Positions 44,810 to 55,730 of a stretch of DNA of 64,000 nucleotides are shown piece after piece; position 1 is the stretch's first letter; the number at the start of each line of letters is the position of its first letter. The position numbers and the translations under genes are program-made. This DNA comes from a virus (taxonomy: Duplodnaviria; Caudoviricetes), in the IMG/VR virus record IMGVR_UViG_3300001598_000043, positions 15,687 to 79,686 of that record, one strand, 5' to 3'. The notes beneath the pieces are model-generated. The model was not told where the DNA came from and ran no database searches. It saw nothing but the letters and a program-made list of their open reading frames with translations.

Positions 44810-47029
44810 TCACCTCACAAATTTGAAATTTCTATACGCAGGCGAACCAAAACATCCGAACATTACTATGTAATCAACATATGGTAATGTAGAAATACCC
44901 ACTGAATGAGTCTGCCAATCTGTGACTTCTGTGCAAGTCACATATGGAGATAATCTTGTTACCATTTTACCGTCTATCACGGCCGCCACTCCTGCTTGAT
45001 ATTTGTGCCAATTTTCAACTGATTCCCAGCCTCTCGGCATACCATTATACTGTATCAATCTTCCATCAAATTTAAAGAAATGATAGCCTCTAATTCTCTT
45101 TATAGGTATATAAAACAAAACTGAATTTTGTCCAACTCTTCCTTGTATAGGAGCTTTGTCTGTTCCTACTGCTCCTTTTTTTCTATAATATCCGCCCGAT
45201 GTTTTATAAAACTCTTCGCCATAATACTGACTATGCATCAATATGTATTTAGATAAATACCATTGCGATAAATGCGATACATCGGGGAAATCTGTTACAG
45301 TTGGGCTAGGATTCATATATTTCTTAATCATTGATTCAAATTTAGTAGGGTTATTGTCTAAAATTTCCTCATCCATGTATTCGGGAATGATACCATCTGG
45401 TAATACATCATAACCCCAATTACCAAAATCATCAAAAGCATCATAATCTTCTGTAGAAAATCCACCATCAAATGAATAATCACCACCTGTTGTTGCGGCT
45501 GATAATATGTATGAACTAACAAGGTTTATAGAATCTACTTTACCATTACTTACTGATAATGTTACAAGGAATGTATGATTACCTTTTGTTAAATCTTTTA
45601 TAAGATAGTTTAACATCATCATATGTCCACCATCTCCATAATCACAAGTTATAGTTTTTACTACAGTATCATCTTGTAATAATTTGGCTACTACTCTACA
45701 ATCTGAATATACATCCTCGACAACATTTGTTTCAGCCATAAAATTTATACAACTATAGAATGATGCCTTTTCACCCTCAGAACCATTACTAAATTCAAAT
45801 GTCTCAACAGTATGTGTTTCACCACTTGCTATTGCTGACTCATTAATACTAGCAGGCAACAAATACTCAACTGTCTTAATTGATAATGACTGTTTTTCCT
45901 GTGATGTTCTCTTAATAGACTCAATCTGTGTGTGTAAATCTGTAATAAATTCTACCTGGTATTCATCACCCTCTGATATATAAGAATCTTTTAATGCCTG
46001 TATTCCAGACATCTCTCTGTTTAAAACATAAAATGTTTTGTTTATAAACTCTGAATCATCAGGTTTAGATTTATCGTAGTCATAATTATAAACTTCATAA
46101 CTGACGGCATCTAATCCACATTCTATCCACGGTAATCCATTATTACTACTTTTAACTGGTATATACTTAAAACCACTTATTGAATCATGAATGTATTGTG
46201 CAATAGATTTTTTAACATTCTGACCTAAATCTACAGTAAACATATTACCTTGCACAATGTAAGTATTTTTTCCACCACCATATGCCACCTGTTTAGAATC
46301 ATCCTCATTCTGTCTGACAATAACTCTATCCACAGGTTTTACTTCAAACTCTTCAAAATCAACTGTTCTATAAAAATCAAAATGTTCTACATTCTCTAAA
46401 TCTTTTATTGGTGCTCTATATTCAAATTTACCATCTCTATTTATAATACCAAACATACCATTAATCTGACATATAGAACGTATAACAGTAATTGATTGTA
46501 ATGACTCTGGATTATATTGTTTATTTACTGATATCGTATCAGCTGGCAATGTTGCAGATACTTGTGTTATACCTAAATAGCTAAATAAACTATTTCTTAA
46601 ATTAAGTAATGTTATAGGAAATGTTAGTGATTTATACCAACCAGCTACGTCTATGTTACCTTTTGAGTATAAAACATCATAAGCAGTAATTTCCTTACTA
46701 CGTTTATTACTATCTCGTACAACACTGTCTACAATACCTGAAAATAATTTTATTGGTGATGATGATGTTGCATCTGTATAGATGTAAGCTTCTATCTTCT
46801 TACCTTTAATGTCTTGTTTTAAATTACTAACCTTAATTTTAAAAGAAGATGCAATACAACCTACAAATTCAATATTCTTACTTTCGCATAAAGATTCTTT
46901 TAATTTGAGACTTTCTGTATAAATTTGGTCATTAGTAATTGTCATTCCCAGCTCTGGGAATGACAATCTAATATATTTCATTATTGAATTGTCTCGATAT
47001 TCGTTTTTTACTAAATCTGATACTTGCAT
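44810..47029 (-). CDS. Baseplate hub / tail tip protein
   Basis: Follows Dit-like gene; ESLCESKNIEFVGCIAS, ICQINGMFGIINRDG. Confidence 0.75.
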   Translation of the reverse strand: MQVSDLVKNEYRDNSIMKYIRLSFPELGMTITNDQIYTESLKLKESLCESKNIEFVGCIASSFKIKVSNLKQDIKGKKIEAYIYTDATSSSPIKLFSGIVDSVVRDSNKRSKEITAYDVLYSKGNIDVAGWYKSLTFPITLLNLRNSLFSYLGITQVSATLPADTISVNKQYNPESLQSITVIRSICQINGMFGIINRDGKFEYRAPIKDLENVEHFDFYRTVDFEEFEVKPVDRVIVRQNEDDSKQVAYGGGKNTYIVQGNMFTVDLGQNVKKSIAQYIHDSISGFKYIPVKSSNNGLPWIECGLDAVSYEVYNYDYDKSKPDDSEFINKTFYVLNREMSGIQALKDSYISEGDEYQVEFITDLHTQIESIKRTSQEKQSLSIKTVEYLLPASINESAIASGETHTVETFEFSNGSEGEKASFYSCINFMAETNVVEDVYSDCRVVAKLLQDDTVVKTITCDYGDGGHMMMLNYLIKDLTKGNHTFLVTLSVSNGKVDSINLVSSYILSAATTGGDYSFDGGFSTEDYDAFDDFGNWGYDVLPDGIIPEYMDEEILDNNPTKFESMIKKYMNPSPTVTDFPDVSHLSQWYLSKYILMHSQYYGEEFYKTSGGYYRKKGAVGTDKAPIQGRVGQNSVLFYIPIKRIRGYHFFKFDGRLIQYNGMPRGWESVENWHKYQAGVAAVIDGKMVTRLSPYVTCTEVTDWQTHSVGISTLPYVDYIVMFGCFGSPAYRNFKFVR

Positions 47030-47033
47030 AATC

Positions 47034-47444
47034 CTAATACTCTATAAAATGAAATGTTACTGCGTCATAAATAAATTTTCCGTCACTATCAATGCCAACA
47101 ATTGGCACTTCTAAACTTGGATTAAGATAAAAGTGACCAGTTTTATTTGCACCATATTCTTGGTCGTAGTATTCACAATTGGCATCACGTTCTCTAGGGT
47201 TTCTATAATTCCTTACTATACCATTCATTATACTACGATACTTATCTTCTGACAATTTAATCGTACTAAATTGGATGTCAGTTTTAGTGTGTTCCAATGC
47301 ATTTCTTTGTGTCAAACCACTTGCATCTGTATACGAATCTAGGTCTTGTCTTTGATTTGGCTTTACTTTAAAGGTGTTCCATTGTATGTATTCAAGTGGA
47401 AAATTGTAATCACCAAATTTAAATACTATTCTTGAATTTGCCAT
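47034..47444 (-). CDS. Distal tail protein-like
   Basis: Position after tape measure; QDLDSYTDASG..QRNALEHTK. Confidence 0.65.
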   Translation of the reverse strand: MANSRIVFKFGDYNFPLEYIQWNTFKVKPNQRQDLDSYTDASGLTQRNALEHTKTDIQFSTIKLSEDKYRSIMNGIVRNYRNPRERDANCEYYDQEYGANKTGHFYLNPSLEVPIVGIDSDGKFIYDAVTFHFIEY

Positions 47445-47455
47445 ACTTTTACTCC

Positions 47456-50400
47456 TTATGTGAATGCAGGACTTCCTGTACGTTTTTTATATTCAGTAGA
47501 TTGATTTCTTACAGCTCTAAATACCTCTGCACCATCAATCTGAATAACAATATCACTGTTATCTGTATTTCCACCGTATCCGCCATATGCAGATAAAGCC
47601 TCAATCATTGCTTCTTTCATTGTATTAAGAGGTGAAATAATTTCTGTATCTCTATTATTATCACCGACTCTTACAATATGTTCTTGCATTGTAGGTGGAA
47701 TTACTGTACCTGTGGCAGCTCCGTTTATACGATAACCACTATTTGAATAACTACTAAAAAATCCTGTTACTTTATTCTTAACACTTGTAAGTGATGAGAA
47801 TATGTTACTTATTCCAGACTTAATTGATGATATCCAACTACTGAATGATGAAGATATTTCTCTAAATACATTAATTACATTTTGTTTTGCTTGATTAAAA
47901 CTTTGTCTAAATGTAGTTGGTATATCCTTTAATGTAGTCATCCATTTACTTTGATTTAGTCTATTAACTACGTCATTCTGCCACCAATTTTGAATATCAG
48001 TCTTCCACTGTGTCGTAGTTTCTGTCCATTTGGTTTTTAATGCAGTTTTCATTGTATCATATGTCTTTAACCAATTTTCAGTTGAGAATTTAGGTTTAAC
48101 TGTATCTTCATACCACGATACTATAGCATTTTTAGCATTCTCTTTCCATTCGTTAAATGAATTTTTAGCACTGGATACCACTTCACTTATTTTATCTCCC
48201 CATTGAGTAAACTTATCAGAAGCACTCACTTTCCACTCTTCAAATGACTGTCCTGTTTCAGCTATCCATAATCCTATATTTTGCTTTGTGTTTGTTGACC
48301 ACTCGGTAAATGACTGTCCTACATTTGCGTCCCATTCACTAAATGACTGTCCTGCATTTGTTGCCCAATCACTAATAGATTGCTTAGCTTGTCCAAGTGT
48401 CTCTGGAATCATTTCTGTACAGAAATATTTAAATGAATCAAAGAATCCACCCTCACCAAGCCATTTAAATGAATCATAAAGTTCCTCATCTCCAGTAATA
48501 GTTGCTCCTAACCATTTTCCAAGATGAAAACCACCAATAGCAGCAATAAATGAACCAGCAATTCCTGTAGCAAGTGCAACACCAATTTCTGCGGCAGTAC
48601 CAGCACCGAATATAGTACCTAAATCCATTGTCATCATACTACCAAATCCACCAAAACTCTCCATAACAGTAGATAGAGATTTAACTCCAGCTGAATTTGC
48701 TACTAAATCTTTTAATCCGCCAGCAATACTCTTTATTCCACTTGCAATTGTATCAACATTTTTAAATACATTTAAGAATGTTGATACAATACCATCTATA
48801 CCCTTTATAGCTTTGAATCCAAGAACTGCTAATTTAAATCCTATAAATGCCTTAACAAGTATTTCTATTGCATTTGCTACACCCTCTGGGTCAGCTTTAT
48901 CCATAAATCTTATTAAAGAATCAATAAATTTATCAAATTTATCTGAATTTGCAAAATTAGCAATTGCATCTGCACATCTATCAATGAAAATTATAAGACC
49001 TTCACCTATAGTTTCCATAAATGGTTCTAATGATTTCCACAACTCTTGTAGTTTACTTCTTAAAGCATCCCAATCTATATCATACATAAAATCTTCAAAT
49101 ACTTTAAGTAATTTTGGTAGACCTTCTTCAATTACCCACTGTAAAAATGGTTCTACTACAATACTCGCAAAATCTTCTAATACACCACCAATAAAATCTA
49201 CTGGACCTTGCATTGCTTCAAGTAAATTTGCAATTCCCTCTAATAAAGGATAAAAATCTAATTGGCCAGCCCACTCTGCAAATCCTGATGTGATATTATG
49301 TACATGTGTAGTTATAATTTCAAGAAGTTTAGCAATGTTCTCAAAGATTCTTGTTCCTACATCATTCTTATTCCAAGCAATGTCAAACTGTCTTGCAAGA
49401 TTTCCAATTGCCAAACCAATATCACCTATGATAAGTAATACATTCTGGAATACTTTTTGCATTGTGTCACCAGTCCATACTTTTAAGAATGATTTACCAA
49501 TGTCTTTTACTAATGTCCAAACTTGTTCTAATGCATATTTCCAAGACTTCATAACATAGTCTCCAACTGCATCCCAAGCTTCTTTTAATGGTGCAAATAA
49601 AGATTCAAGAATTTCTCTTACTTTAGCCGCTGCTTCTGCAATTCCACTACTAATAGCTTCATCTACATACTGTACTGATACACCACCAGCACCAGCAGCT
49701 GCATCATCTAATGCATCTAATAATCCTGCTAAATAATCATCATAATCGAACTCTTCTAACTCTGGTTCTTCAATCTCTTGTTCATCAATACTGATGTTAT
49801 TTAATTCATCTAATGGACTTAAATATCCTTTAGCGGCCTTTTCTGCATCTTTATATGCTTTTGCCTGTTTTTCAAGTGCTTTTGCATTTCTATTATTTAC
49901 TCTTTCTTGTTCTTTATCAGCTTTGGCTTTTGCTTTATCTATCTGCTCTTGTTTCTTTTCTTCAGCAGATTTTCCACTCTTTCCACCACCAGCACTATCT
50001 CCACCAGTTACTACAGCTCTTTTCCAAGTACTTGCACCTGTAAGAGCAGCCACAAACTGACTTACCATGCTAACAAGTCCTGACATTGCACCAATGATTT
50101 TATTGATTATTGGCATTGCAATCTCAACAAGAGGTAAGAAAGCAGATGCTAATTGTACTTTTATTGTTTGAATCTGATTTTTAAGTGCATCAAATTGAGC
50201 CTTAACTTTAGGCACTCCCGACAATGCAAGATTAAAACTTGATATGATTGAGCCCCTAATTTTGTTAAAGATTCCCCATAATCCGTGTACACCAAGTGTC
50301 ACACCCATTATAGTTCCAACCATGTTTTTCAAAGAAAAACTACATCTATCAATTGAATTCCTACCTCTTGAGAATCCTGATGTAAATTTAGATAGAAAAC

Positions 50401-51034
50401 TATTTAATTTACCATCTAAACCTATAAACGTATCTGCAAGTCCTAATACACCAGTTCTTACTTGAGCAAACCCATTTCCAATCTTCTGAAAAGCTTGAAC
50501 CATTTTCAAAGTCTTATCAAAAAAGTTTGTAGCTCCATCAGTAGCTTCATCAATACCCATTGCAACACCTAATATAAATGTCTGCAATTTAGAAAAATTA
50601 TTTGATGCTTTTTCACCTGAATCTGATAATTCTTCTGCATTATTAGCTGCTGAGCTCATACCATCTATAATTACATTCATACCCTCGGCCATATCCATAA
50701 ATCCAGCCGCCAATACGGTAGTCATAAACTGTACTTTTTCGTCTATACCAGATATTGCATCAACTAACTCCTGAGAATTATTAGCAGCTTCACTTAAACC
50801 CTCACTCATTCCATCAACTGTATCGGTATTTATTTCACCTAATTTTTGCTTTAGTTGTTCAGCCGTCTGAACATTCTCTTGTAATTGTTTTTGTAATTCT
50901 TTTAACTGTGGATTATCAACATCTACCTTAAAAGCATCTTCAATTTTCTTTTTTAAATCTTCTAATTGAGTACCAATATTAGATGTGTCCAATCCAACGG
51001 TTAATTCTACATCATAATCTACTGATGTTGCCAT
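47456..51034 (-). CDS. Tape measure protein
   Basis: 1192 aa helical, Trp/Phe-periodic repeats, position. Confidence 0.9.
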   Translation of the reverse strand: MATSVDYDVELTVGLDTSNIGTQLEDLKKKIEDAFKVDVDNPQLKELQKQLQENVQTAEQLKQKLGEINTDTVDGMSEGLSEAANNSQELVDAISGIDEKVQFMTTVLAAGFMDMAEGMNVIIDGMSSAANNAEELSDSGEKASNNFSKLQTFILGVAMGIDEATDGATNFFDKTLKMVQAFQKIGNGFAQVRTGVLGLADTFIGLDGKLNSFLSKFTSGFSRGRNSIDRCSFSLKNMVGTIMGVTLGVHGLWGIFNKIRGSIISSFNLALSGVPKVKAQFDALKNQIQTIKVQLASAFLPLVEIAMPIINKIIGAMSGLVSMVSQFVAALTGASTWKRAVVTGGDSAGGGKSGKSAEEKKQEQIDKAKAKADKEQERVNNRNAKALEKQAKAYKDAEKAAKGYLSPLDELNNISIDEQEIEEPELEEFDYDDYLAGLLDALDDAAAGAGGVSVQYVDEAISSGIAEAAAKVREILESLFAPLKEAWDAVGDYVMKSWKYALEQVWTLVKDIGKSFLKVWTGDTMQKVFQNVLLIIGDIGLAIGNLARQFDIAWNKNDVGTRIFENIAKLLEIITTHVHNITSGFAEWAGQLDFYPLLEGIANLLEAMQGPVDFIGGVLEDFASIVVEPFLQWVIEEGLPKLLKVFEDFMYDIDWDALRSKLQELWKSLEPFMETIGEGLIIFIDRCADAIANFANSDKFDKFIDSLIRFMDKADPEGVANAIEILVKAFIGFKLAVLGFKAIKGIDGIVSTFLNVFKNVDTIASGIKSIAGGLKDLVANSAGVKSLSTVMESFGGFGSMMTMDLGTIFGAGTAAEIGVALATGIAGSFIAAIGGFHLGKWLGATITGDEELYDSFKWLGEGGFFDSFKYFCTEMIPETLGQAKQSISDWATNAGQSFSEWDANVGQSFTEWSTNTKQNIGLWIAETGQSFEEWKVSASDKFTQWGDKISEVVSSAKNSFNEWKENAKNAIVSWYEDTVKPKFSTENWLKTYDTMKTALKTKWTETTTQWKTDIQNWWQNDVVNRLNQSKWMTTLKDIPTTFRQSFNQAKQNVINVFREISSSFSSWISSIKSGISNIFSSLTSVKNKVTGFFSSYSNSGYRINGAATGTVIPPTMQEHIVRVGDNNRDTEIISPLNTMKEAMIEALSAYGGYGGNTDNSDIVIQIDGAEVFRAVRNQSTEYKKRTGSPAFT

Positions 51035-51047
51035 AATTTTTCACCAC

Positions 51048-51635
51048 CTACGTGCTATTCCATAATGCCCTAGCTAATTTATCAGCCTCTTTCTGTTCTG
51101 ATGATTTACTATCCCAAACAAAATATTGAGGATTGTTTCTTTTAAATTCTAATTCATATTTTTCAAGTTTTTTTCCTTTTGCCATTTTACTTCTAATGCC
51201 AACTACTGTGGACAATGAGGATTCACCTACTGCCATATAATATCCCATAAATGACCACCAATGTAAGTATTCATCTGCTCGAATTTCACGTCCTGCGACA
51301 TTATTTACGGCAGAGAATATTAACATACTGTCAGTGTTCCAGTCCATTAGTTTTGGTTTAGGTGTTGTATCTTGATAGTCACTGCCACAATTAAAAAATA
51401 AATTCATTTTATCGACAGCTTCTTCAATATCAGGTAAAAAATTAAGGTCATCAACTGTCTCCATATCCTCAAAAAATACTATAAGACACGTTAATAACCT
51501 TTCTTTTTGACTTAATTCCATATCACCTAAAATCTCAAAACAGTCAAGTACTACACGAAAATCTCCTTGATTTCGTATTGGTACTTGTGAACCGTCATTA
51601 AAAGTGATTTCTGTAGGAAGACTGTATGAAGCCAT
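51048..51635 (-). CDS. Tail assembly chaperone (A118 Gp15-like)
   Basis: DFRVVL, DSMLIFSA, YLHWWSFMGY. Confidence 0.75.
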   Translation of the reverse strand: MASYSLPTEITFNDGSQVPIRNQGDFRVVLDCFEILGDMELSQKERLLTCLIVFFEDMETVDDLNFLPDIEEAVDKMNLFFNCGSDYQDTTPKPKLMDWNTDSMLIFSAVNNVAGREIRADEYLHWWSFMGYYMAVGESSLSTVVGIRSKMAKGKKLEKYELEFKRNNPQYFVWDSKSSEQKEADKLARALWNST

Positions 51636-52183
51636 TAACGCTTCTTTCTTCCCTTTGTATATTTAGCGGCAGTAGAATTTATTCTCTTTGACATCTTCTT
51701 ATATTCATCATTGATGTTTGTCTCATATAACTTTGTAAGAGTGTCAATAATATGTTCAAATCTAAATGAACCATTAAATGGGTCATACATTGAACCTTTT
51801 GGAGCACAAATCTCAGATACTGGATAATCAAATATATTATCAATACATTCTCTCATCCTATTATCAATTTCTTTGAACTGTGAATAATCAACCGATAACG
51901 ATTCAACATCATCATTTGTTGTAGATGCAAGTTCTTTAACAGTATTCATATAGTCCATCAGTTTCTTGTATTCTTCATCCAATCTGTTACCGATTGTCAT
52001 ATCTGATAAATCCAATTCAATTATCTTTGAATTATCTCCATTGATACGGATTCTCTTCTTACGTGTTACTGATAAATCTAAATCAATATCAACTACCACA
52101 TCATTTACGTTTTCTATTACATCAGAGGATGTAGATTCCACTACATCCTCGACATCATTAAGTTTAATGTTAGTATCACTCAT
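51635..52183 (-). CDS. Tail assembly chaperone
   Basis: Between major tail protein and Gp15-like gene. Confidence 0.6.
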   Translation of the reverse strand: MSDTNIKLNDVEDVVESTSSDVIENVNDVVVDIDLDLSVTRKKRIRINGDNSKIIELDLSDMTIGNRLDEEYKKLMDYMNTVKELASTTNDDVESLSVDYSQFKEIDNRMRECIDNIFDYPVSEICAPKGSMYDPFNGSFRFEHIIDTLTKLYETNINDEYKKMSKRINSTAAKYTKGRKKR

Positions 52184-52205
52184 TATATAACTCCTCTCTA
52201 CTCAA

Positions 52206-52727
52206 TTAAATTGTTACATCTGGTGTAAATGTGAAATCATCTGATAACTTATCAACTGTACCATTAGTAATTACATTACTAAAGTAAATAGAAATTGGGA
52301 AGTTAACATTTGCATCTCCACCCATTGATGTATATGTGATTGTACATCCAGTATGCTTTTCAGCTTCATAACCATCTTCTGCACTACCAACGAATGCAGT
52401 AATGATATAAAGTGTAAACTGTGAAAGTTCTGAAAGAGCATTTCTCTTTCTGATATCATTAAGTTTAGCACCAAGTTTTGAACCACCAAGTACAAGATAT
52501 GGGTCGAAATCCTGCTGTGGTTGAGTCTTATTAATATCTGTGAAGTTGTGACCGAGAATATCTGTAGATGTCTGAATATCTGTGTTATATTCAATTGCAG
52601 AATCCTCTGTACGAGTACCAAGAATCTCTCTTACCTGAGTACTGTCCTCTGTCCATTCAGCAACAGTGATAAGAAGTTTTCTCTCGGCTCTCTGACCTTC
52701 AGCTAAGTTAAACTGATTAACTGCCAT
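52206..52727 (-). CDS. Major tail protein
   Basis: Position; acidic beta-rich 173 aa. Confidence 0.7.
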   Translation of the reverse strand: MAVNQFNLAEGQRAERKLLITVAEWTEDSTQVREILGTRTEDSAIEYNTDIQTSTDILGHNFTDINKTQPQQDFDPYLVLGGSKLGAKLNDIRKRNALSELSQFTLYIITAFVGSAEDGYEAEKHTGCTITYTSMGGDANVNFPISIYFSNVITNGTVDKLSDDFTFTPDVTI

Positions 52728-52733
52728 TTTAAA

Positions 52734-53216
52734 TTACCTCCATAATTTTTTAGAAAAGTCTATGTAATCAATTTGAATTGATATACTATATTTTGCTAGT
52801 GACGGTGTACTTGATGAGTCGATACCATTCAAGTTTGGATTTTCACTCAACGCTTTAATCTCTTCAATCTGTGTATCTTTTCCAAAGTCTGGAAAATTCC
52901 TAATATCATTCTGTTCAGATATCCAATCAATAATGCCTTGTGCATCAAACATATCTGACACATTTTCATTCTTGTACTGTTCACCAGGTAGTTTAACTAC
53001 TGGTTGGTACGTAACAGATTTGAAATCAATAATTGTGAACGTATAACGTCTCATTACACTTCCATCTATAAATGGTTTATTGACTTTAATATCGTTTGCC
53101 AACGTCACTATCTGTTTATTATTATCTTGAGCATTTATAGCATTGAAAAACAATGGATTTTGTTTGAGTTGAGGACAATCCAATAAATACTCAATTACTG
53201 ATTGATTTTTGTCCAT
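52734..53216 (-). CDS. Tail terminator / head-tail joining protein
   Basis: Position in neck module. Confidence 0.55.
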   Translation of the reverse strand: MDKNQSVIEYLLDCPQLKQNPLFFNAINAQDNNKQIVTLANDIKVNKPFIDGSVMRRYTFTIIDFKSVTYQPVVKLPGEQYKNENVSDMFDAQGIIDWISEQNDIRNFPDFGKDTQIEEIKALSENPNLNGIDSSSTPSLAKYSISIQIDYIDFSKKLWR

Positions 53217-53603
53217 TTATTTTCCCTTTGCCTTATTCTTAAGTAACTCACAAACTTCTTGTGCAAATGGTTCTCTTTGTGATTGCATTGCAACCTTATC
53301 CCACATAGCAGTGGCTAATGGGTGAAATTGTGGATTGAAATTCATATGAGTTCCATAATAAATGTACACATCATAATCAATATCTCCACCACCATAAATT
53401 ACTCTGTCTGGCTTTACTTGACGTAAACCTGAACGAGATGTTGCACCTGTTCTATATGGAGTCCAAGGGTCTATGGTTTCTGCAAATTTCTGATGTACTT
53501 GTAACATTAAATCGTCATCAATTAAACTATCAATTCTCTGTTGAATTGCATCCTTATTAATTGTTGTCTTACAAGATAATCCAAAAGCTCCCATATTATT
53601 CAC
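53217..53603 (-). CDS. Neck/minor capsid protein
   Basis: WTPYRTGA, YIYYG, HPLATAMWD. Confidence 0.6.
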   Translation of the reverse strand: MNNMGAFGLSCKTTINKDAIQQRIDSLIDDDLMLQVHQKFAETIDPWTPYRTGATSRSGLRQVKPDRVIYGGGDIDYDVYIYYGTHMNFNPQFHPLATAMWDKVAMQSQREPFAQEVCELLKNKAKGK

Positions 53604-54042
53604 CTGTGACTTTATAATGTGGGTTACATCTACCTGCTCCTACATCAACAGAGAGAGTTTTAATCTGTATGCATCCTTGCAATGATTTATACTTTGCTAC
53701 AAAATCTGTAGAACGACTACCACTTACATACTCGTTTATCTCATCCTCAACTTCACCTAAAACAATAATGTCACCAACACCGAATGTGAAATATTCACTC
53801 ATCTCGAAGTTTGGTAACTGTTCCCATTGATATTTAGGTAAATATTTTGGATTTTCAGGTATTCTACATACTGTATTGTTTGTCTCAATTACTGTAGTAC
53901 CTACACTAAGCTTCTCTCCTACGTACTTCCAAAAACAACCTGTAAGTACTGTTCTGTGCCAAGTAACAAGATTAGTTAACTTATCTTCATACTTGTTGTA
54001 TACAGTTAGTGTATTTTCCCACCAAATTGGATAATTACTCAT
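53596..54042 (-). CDS. Head closure / adaptor protein
   Basis: TLTVYNK...WHRTVLTGCFW; HYKVTG. Confidence 0.6.
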   Translation of the reverse strand: MSNYPIWWENTLTVYNKYEDKLTNLVTWHRTVLTGCFWKYVGEKLSVGTTVIETNNTVCRIPENPKYLPKYQWEQLPNFEMSEYFTFGVGDIIVLGEVEDEINEYVSGSRSTDFVAKYKSLQGCIQIKTLSVDVGAGRCNPHYKVTGE

Positions 54043-54466
54043 CTGAATATAATCCTTTAAACAATAATCTGTGTCCTAAACTGTTTACTTCCCAAGCAAG
54101 ATATTGAGAAATGATGCTCTTAATATCATTGGTATATCTTCCAACGATTTCTGTTGCAGATAATACGTTATAACTGATTGATACACCATCATTTGACTGT
54201 GATGTAATACCAGCTGATGTAGCATCTACATTTCCATTGGCATCAAGTTTAGGAACAAGTGTAGATTTAGACTGAACGAGTTTAATTAATGCATATACAC
54301 ATCTCTTAACATTGTCAGAGAATTCAACATCATTGTGTAGTCTGTTGTATGTGTATAAATTTATAATACTCTCTGCTTCAAAATCTAACTCATCAAAAGT
54401 GGTAGAATCCATCGTACCACCCATATTCAAATATTCATCATATGTTAAATACATAAACTCTACCAC
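54035..54466 (-). CDS. Head-tail connector protein
   Basis: YLTYDEY..MGG, SQSNDGVSISY, LLFKG. Confidence 0.7.
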   Translation of the reverse strand: MVEFMYLTYDEYLNMGGTMDSTTFDELDFEAESIINLYTYNRLHNDVEFSDNVKRCVYALIKLVQSKSTLVPKLDANGNVDATSAGITSQSNDGVSISYNVLSATEIVGRYTNDIKSIISQYLAWEVNSLGHRLLFKGLYSDE

Positions 54467-54480
54467 CTACTTAAGTTACA

Positions 54481-54789
54481 TTATTTAGAAGTCTTTGCAC
54501 TTCTTTTTGGTTTAGCTTCGGGTTCTGCATTCTCTGATACTACAGGTTCGTTGTTTGCACTCTTTAACTTCTTGATTTCATCTTTCAACTTTTTGTTTTC
54601 GTTTTCGAGTTCAATAACAAGTACTTTCTGTGCATCCAACTCGGCTTTTAACTCATCAATATTGGTAGGTGCTGATTTCTTCAGCACCTTACCATTTTCA
54701 TCAACTACGTTATAACCTTGATTGATGTATGTTTCTACATCAAGTTCAGAGATACTAATAACCCTATTAGCTTTTTGAACTAATACCAT
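54481..54789 (-). CDS. Hypothetical protein after capsid (coiled coil)
   Basis: Position and SD. Confidence 0.55.
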   Translation of the reverse strand: MVLVQKANRVISISELDVETYINQGYNVVDENGKVLKKSAPTNIDELKAELDAQKVLVIELENENKKLKDEIKKLKSANNEPVVSENAEPEAKPKRSAKTSK

Positions 54790-54815
54790 TATTCTTCCTC
54801 TTTACTGTCTGTTGA

Positions 54816-55703
54816 TTAAGCTACGTTAAACTGAATAGCGTCTGCTTTCTTGTTAAGAATGAATACATCTTCAAATGATTCCTCAAAGTAGATGTACTTA
54901 CCTTCTGAACCAGCACTTGGCTCATCAATCTGAGCAAATGTGTAAGTTACAGGTGTGATAACTGCTGATGGATGAACAAGGAACATATTAATCTGTGATG
55001 CTCCACCTGCTGGCTTCCAACCTGTTGTGAAGTCATATGATGTCATCATAAGTGATGCAGGTACACCAATTACTTCAACTTCATCAAGTCTGTTAACAAC
55101 TCTGTTAATGAGTGTTCCAGCTGACTCAACATCAAGACTTCTTGTAATCTGAGCCGCTGTCTTAAGAAGCTTCTTAACTTCGTGTGTACAGTAGAGAATA
55201 CGTCCGTTTGCAGGTACATTTGCATTGTCCATATTGAGCATTAAGTCATCAAATACTGTAAGTACATTTGATGCTGAAAGAGTCTGTGTATCTGCCTGCT
55301 TACCAAGTGTTGTCCAATCTGCATAAACCTTTGAGATAAGGTATGCATCCATTTCAGGGAACTTCTGTTCATCATTGAATACCTTTGTGATGTTAGAAAT
55401 TGTTGCAACCTGATTTGTCTGGTCAATGTCCATTGGATGAACAAGTGTAGACCACTTTCTCTGATTTGAGAGTACCTTTGTCTCCCAAGCATTATCAAAG
55501 TTTCTCTGAGCAGTACCGATTGTATCTCTGTTAGAGTCTACACGTCCTGTTGTAACGATTGATGGGATTTCAATTGTCTTTGCGTTTACCCATCTGTAAG
55601 TCTGGTTATTTGCAGTAGCATATAATGCACCAAAGTTGAGTGTGTAAGGATATGCCTGTGCAAGTGCATCACTATACTGCTTTGCATAATTTAATGCTGC
55701 CAT
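54816..55703 (-). CDS. Major capsid protein
   Basis: LNYAKQY...ANNQTYRWVNAKTIEIP...EQKFPEMDAY; follows scaffold. Confidence 0.88.
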   Translation of the reverse strand: MAALNYAKQYSDALAQAYPYTLNFGALYATANNQTYRWVNAKTIEIPSIVTTGRVDSNRDTIGTAQRNFDNAWETKVLSNQRKWSTLVHPMDIDQTNQVATISNITKVFNDEQKFPEMDAYLISKVYADWTTLGKQADTQTLSASNVLTVFDDLMLNMDNANVPANGRILYCTHEVKKLLKTAAQITRSLDVESAGTLINRVVNRLDEVEVIGVPASLMMTSYDFTTGWKPAGGASQINMFLVHPSAVITPVTYTFAQIDEPSAGSEGKYIYFEESFEDVFILNKKADAIQFNVA

Positions 55704-55730
55704 TTTTCTTTTCTCCTTTTGAATAAAAAA

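Noticed and set aside
43286-47029. Diversity-generating retroelement targeting fibres
   Set aside because: No reverse transcriptase and no adenine-mismatched TR/VR pair seen in the window
51048-52183. Programmed -1 frameshift between tail chaperones
   Set aside because: No clear XXXYYYZ heptamer near the end of 51635-52183; the second ORF has its own TAATG-coupled ATG
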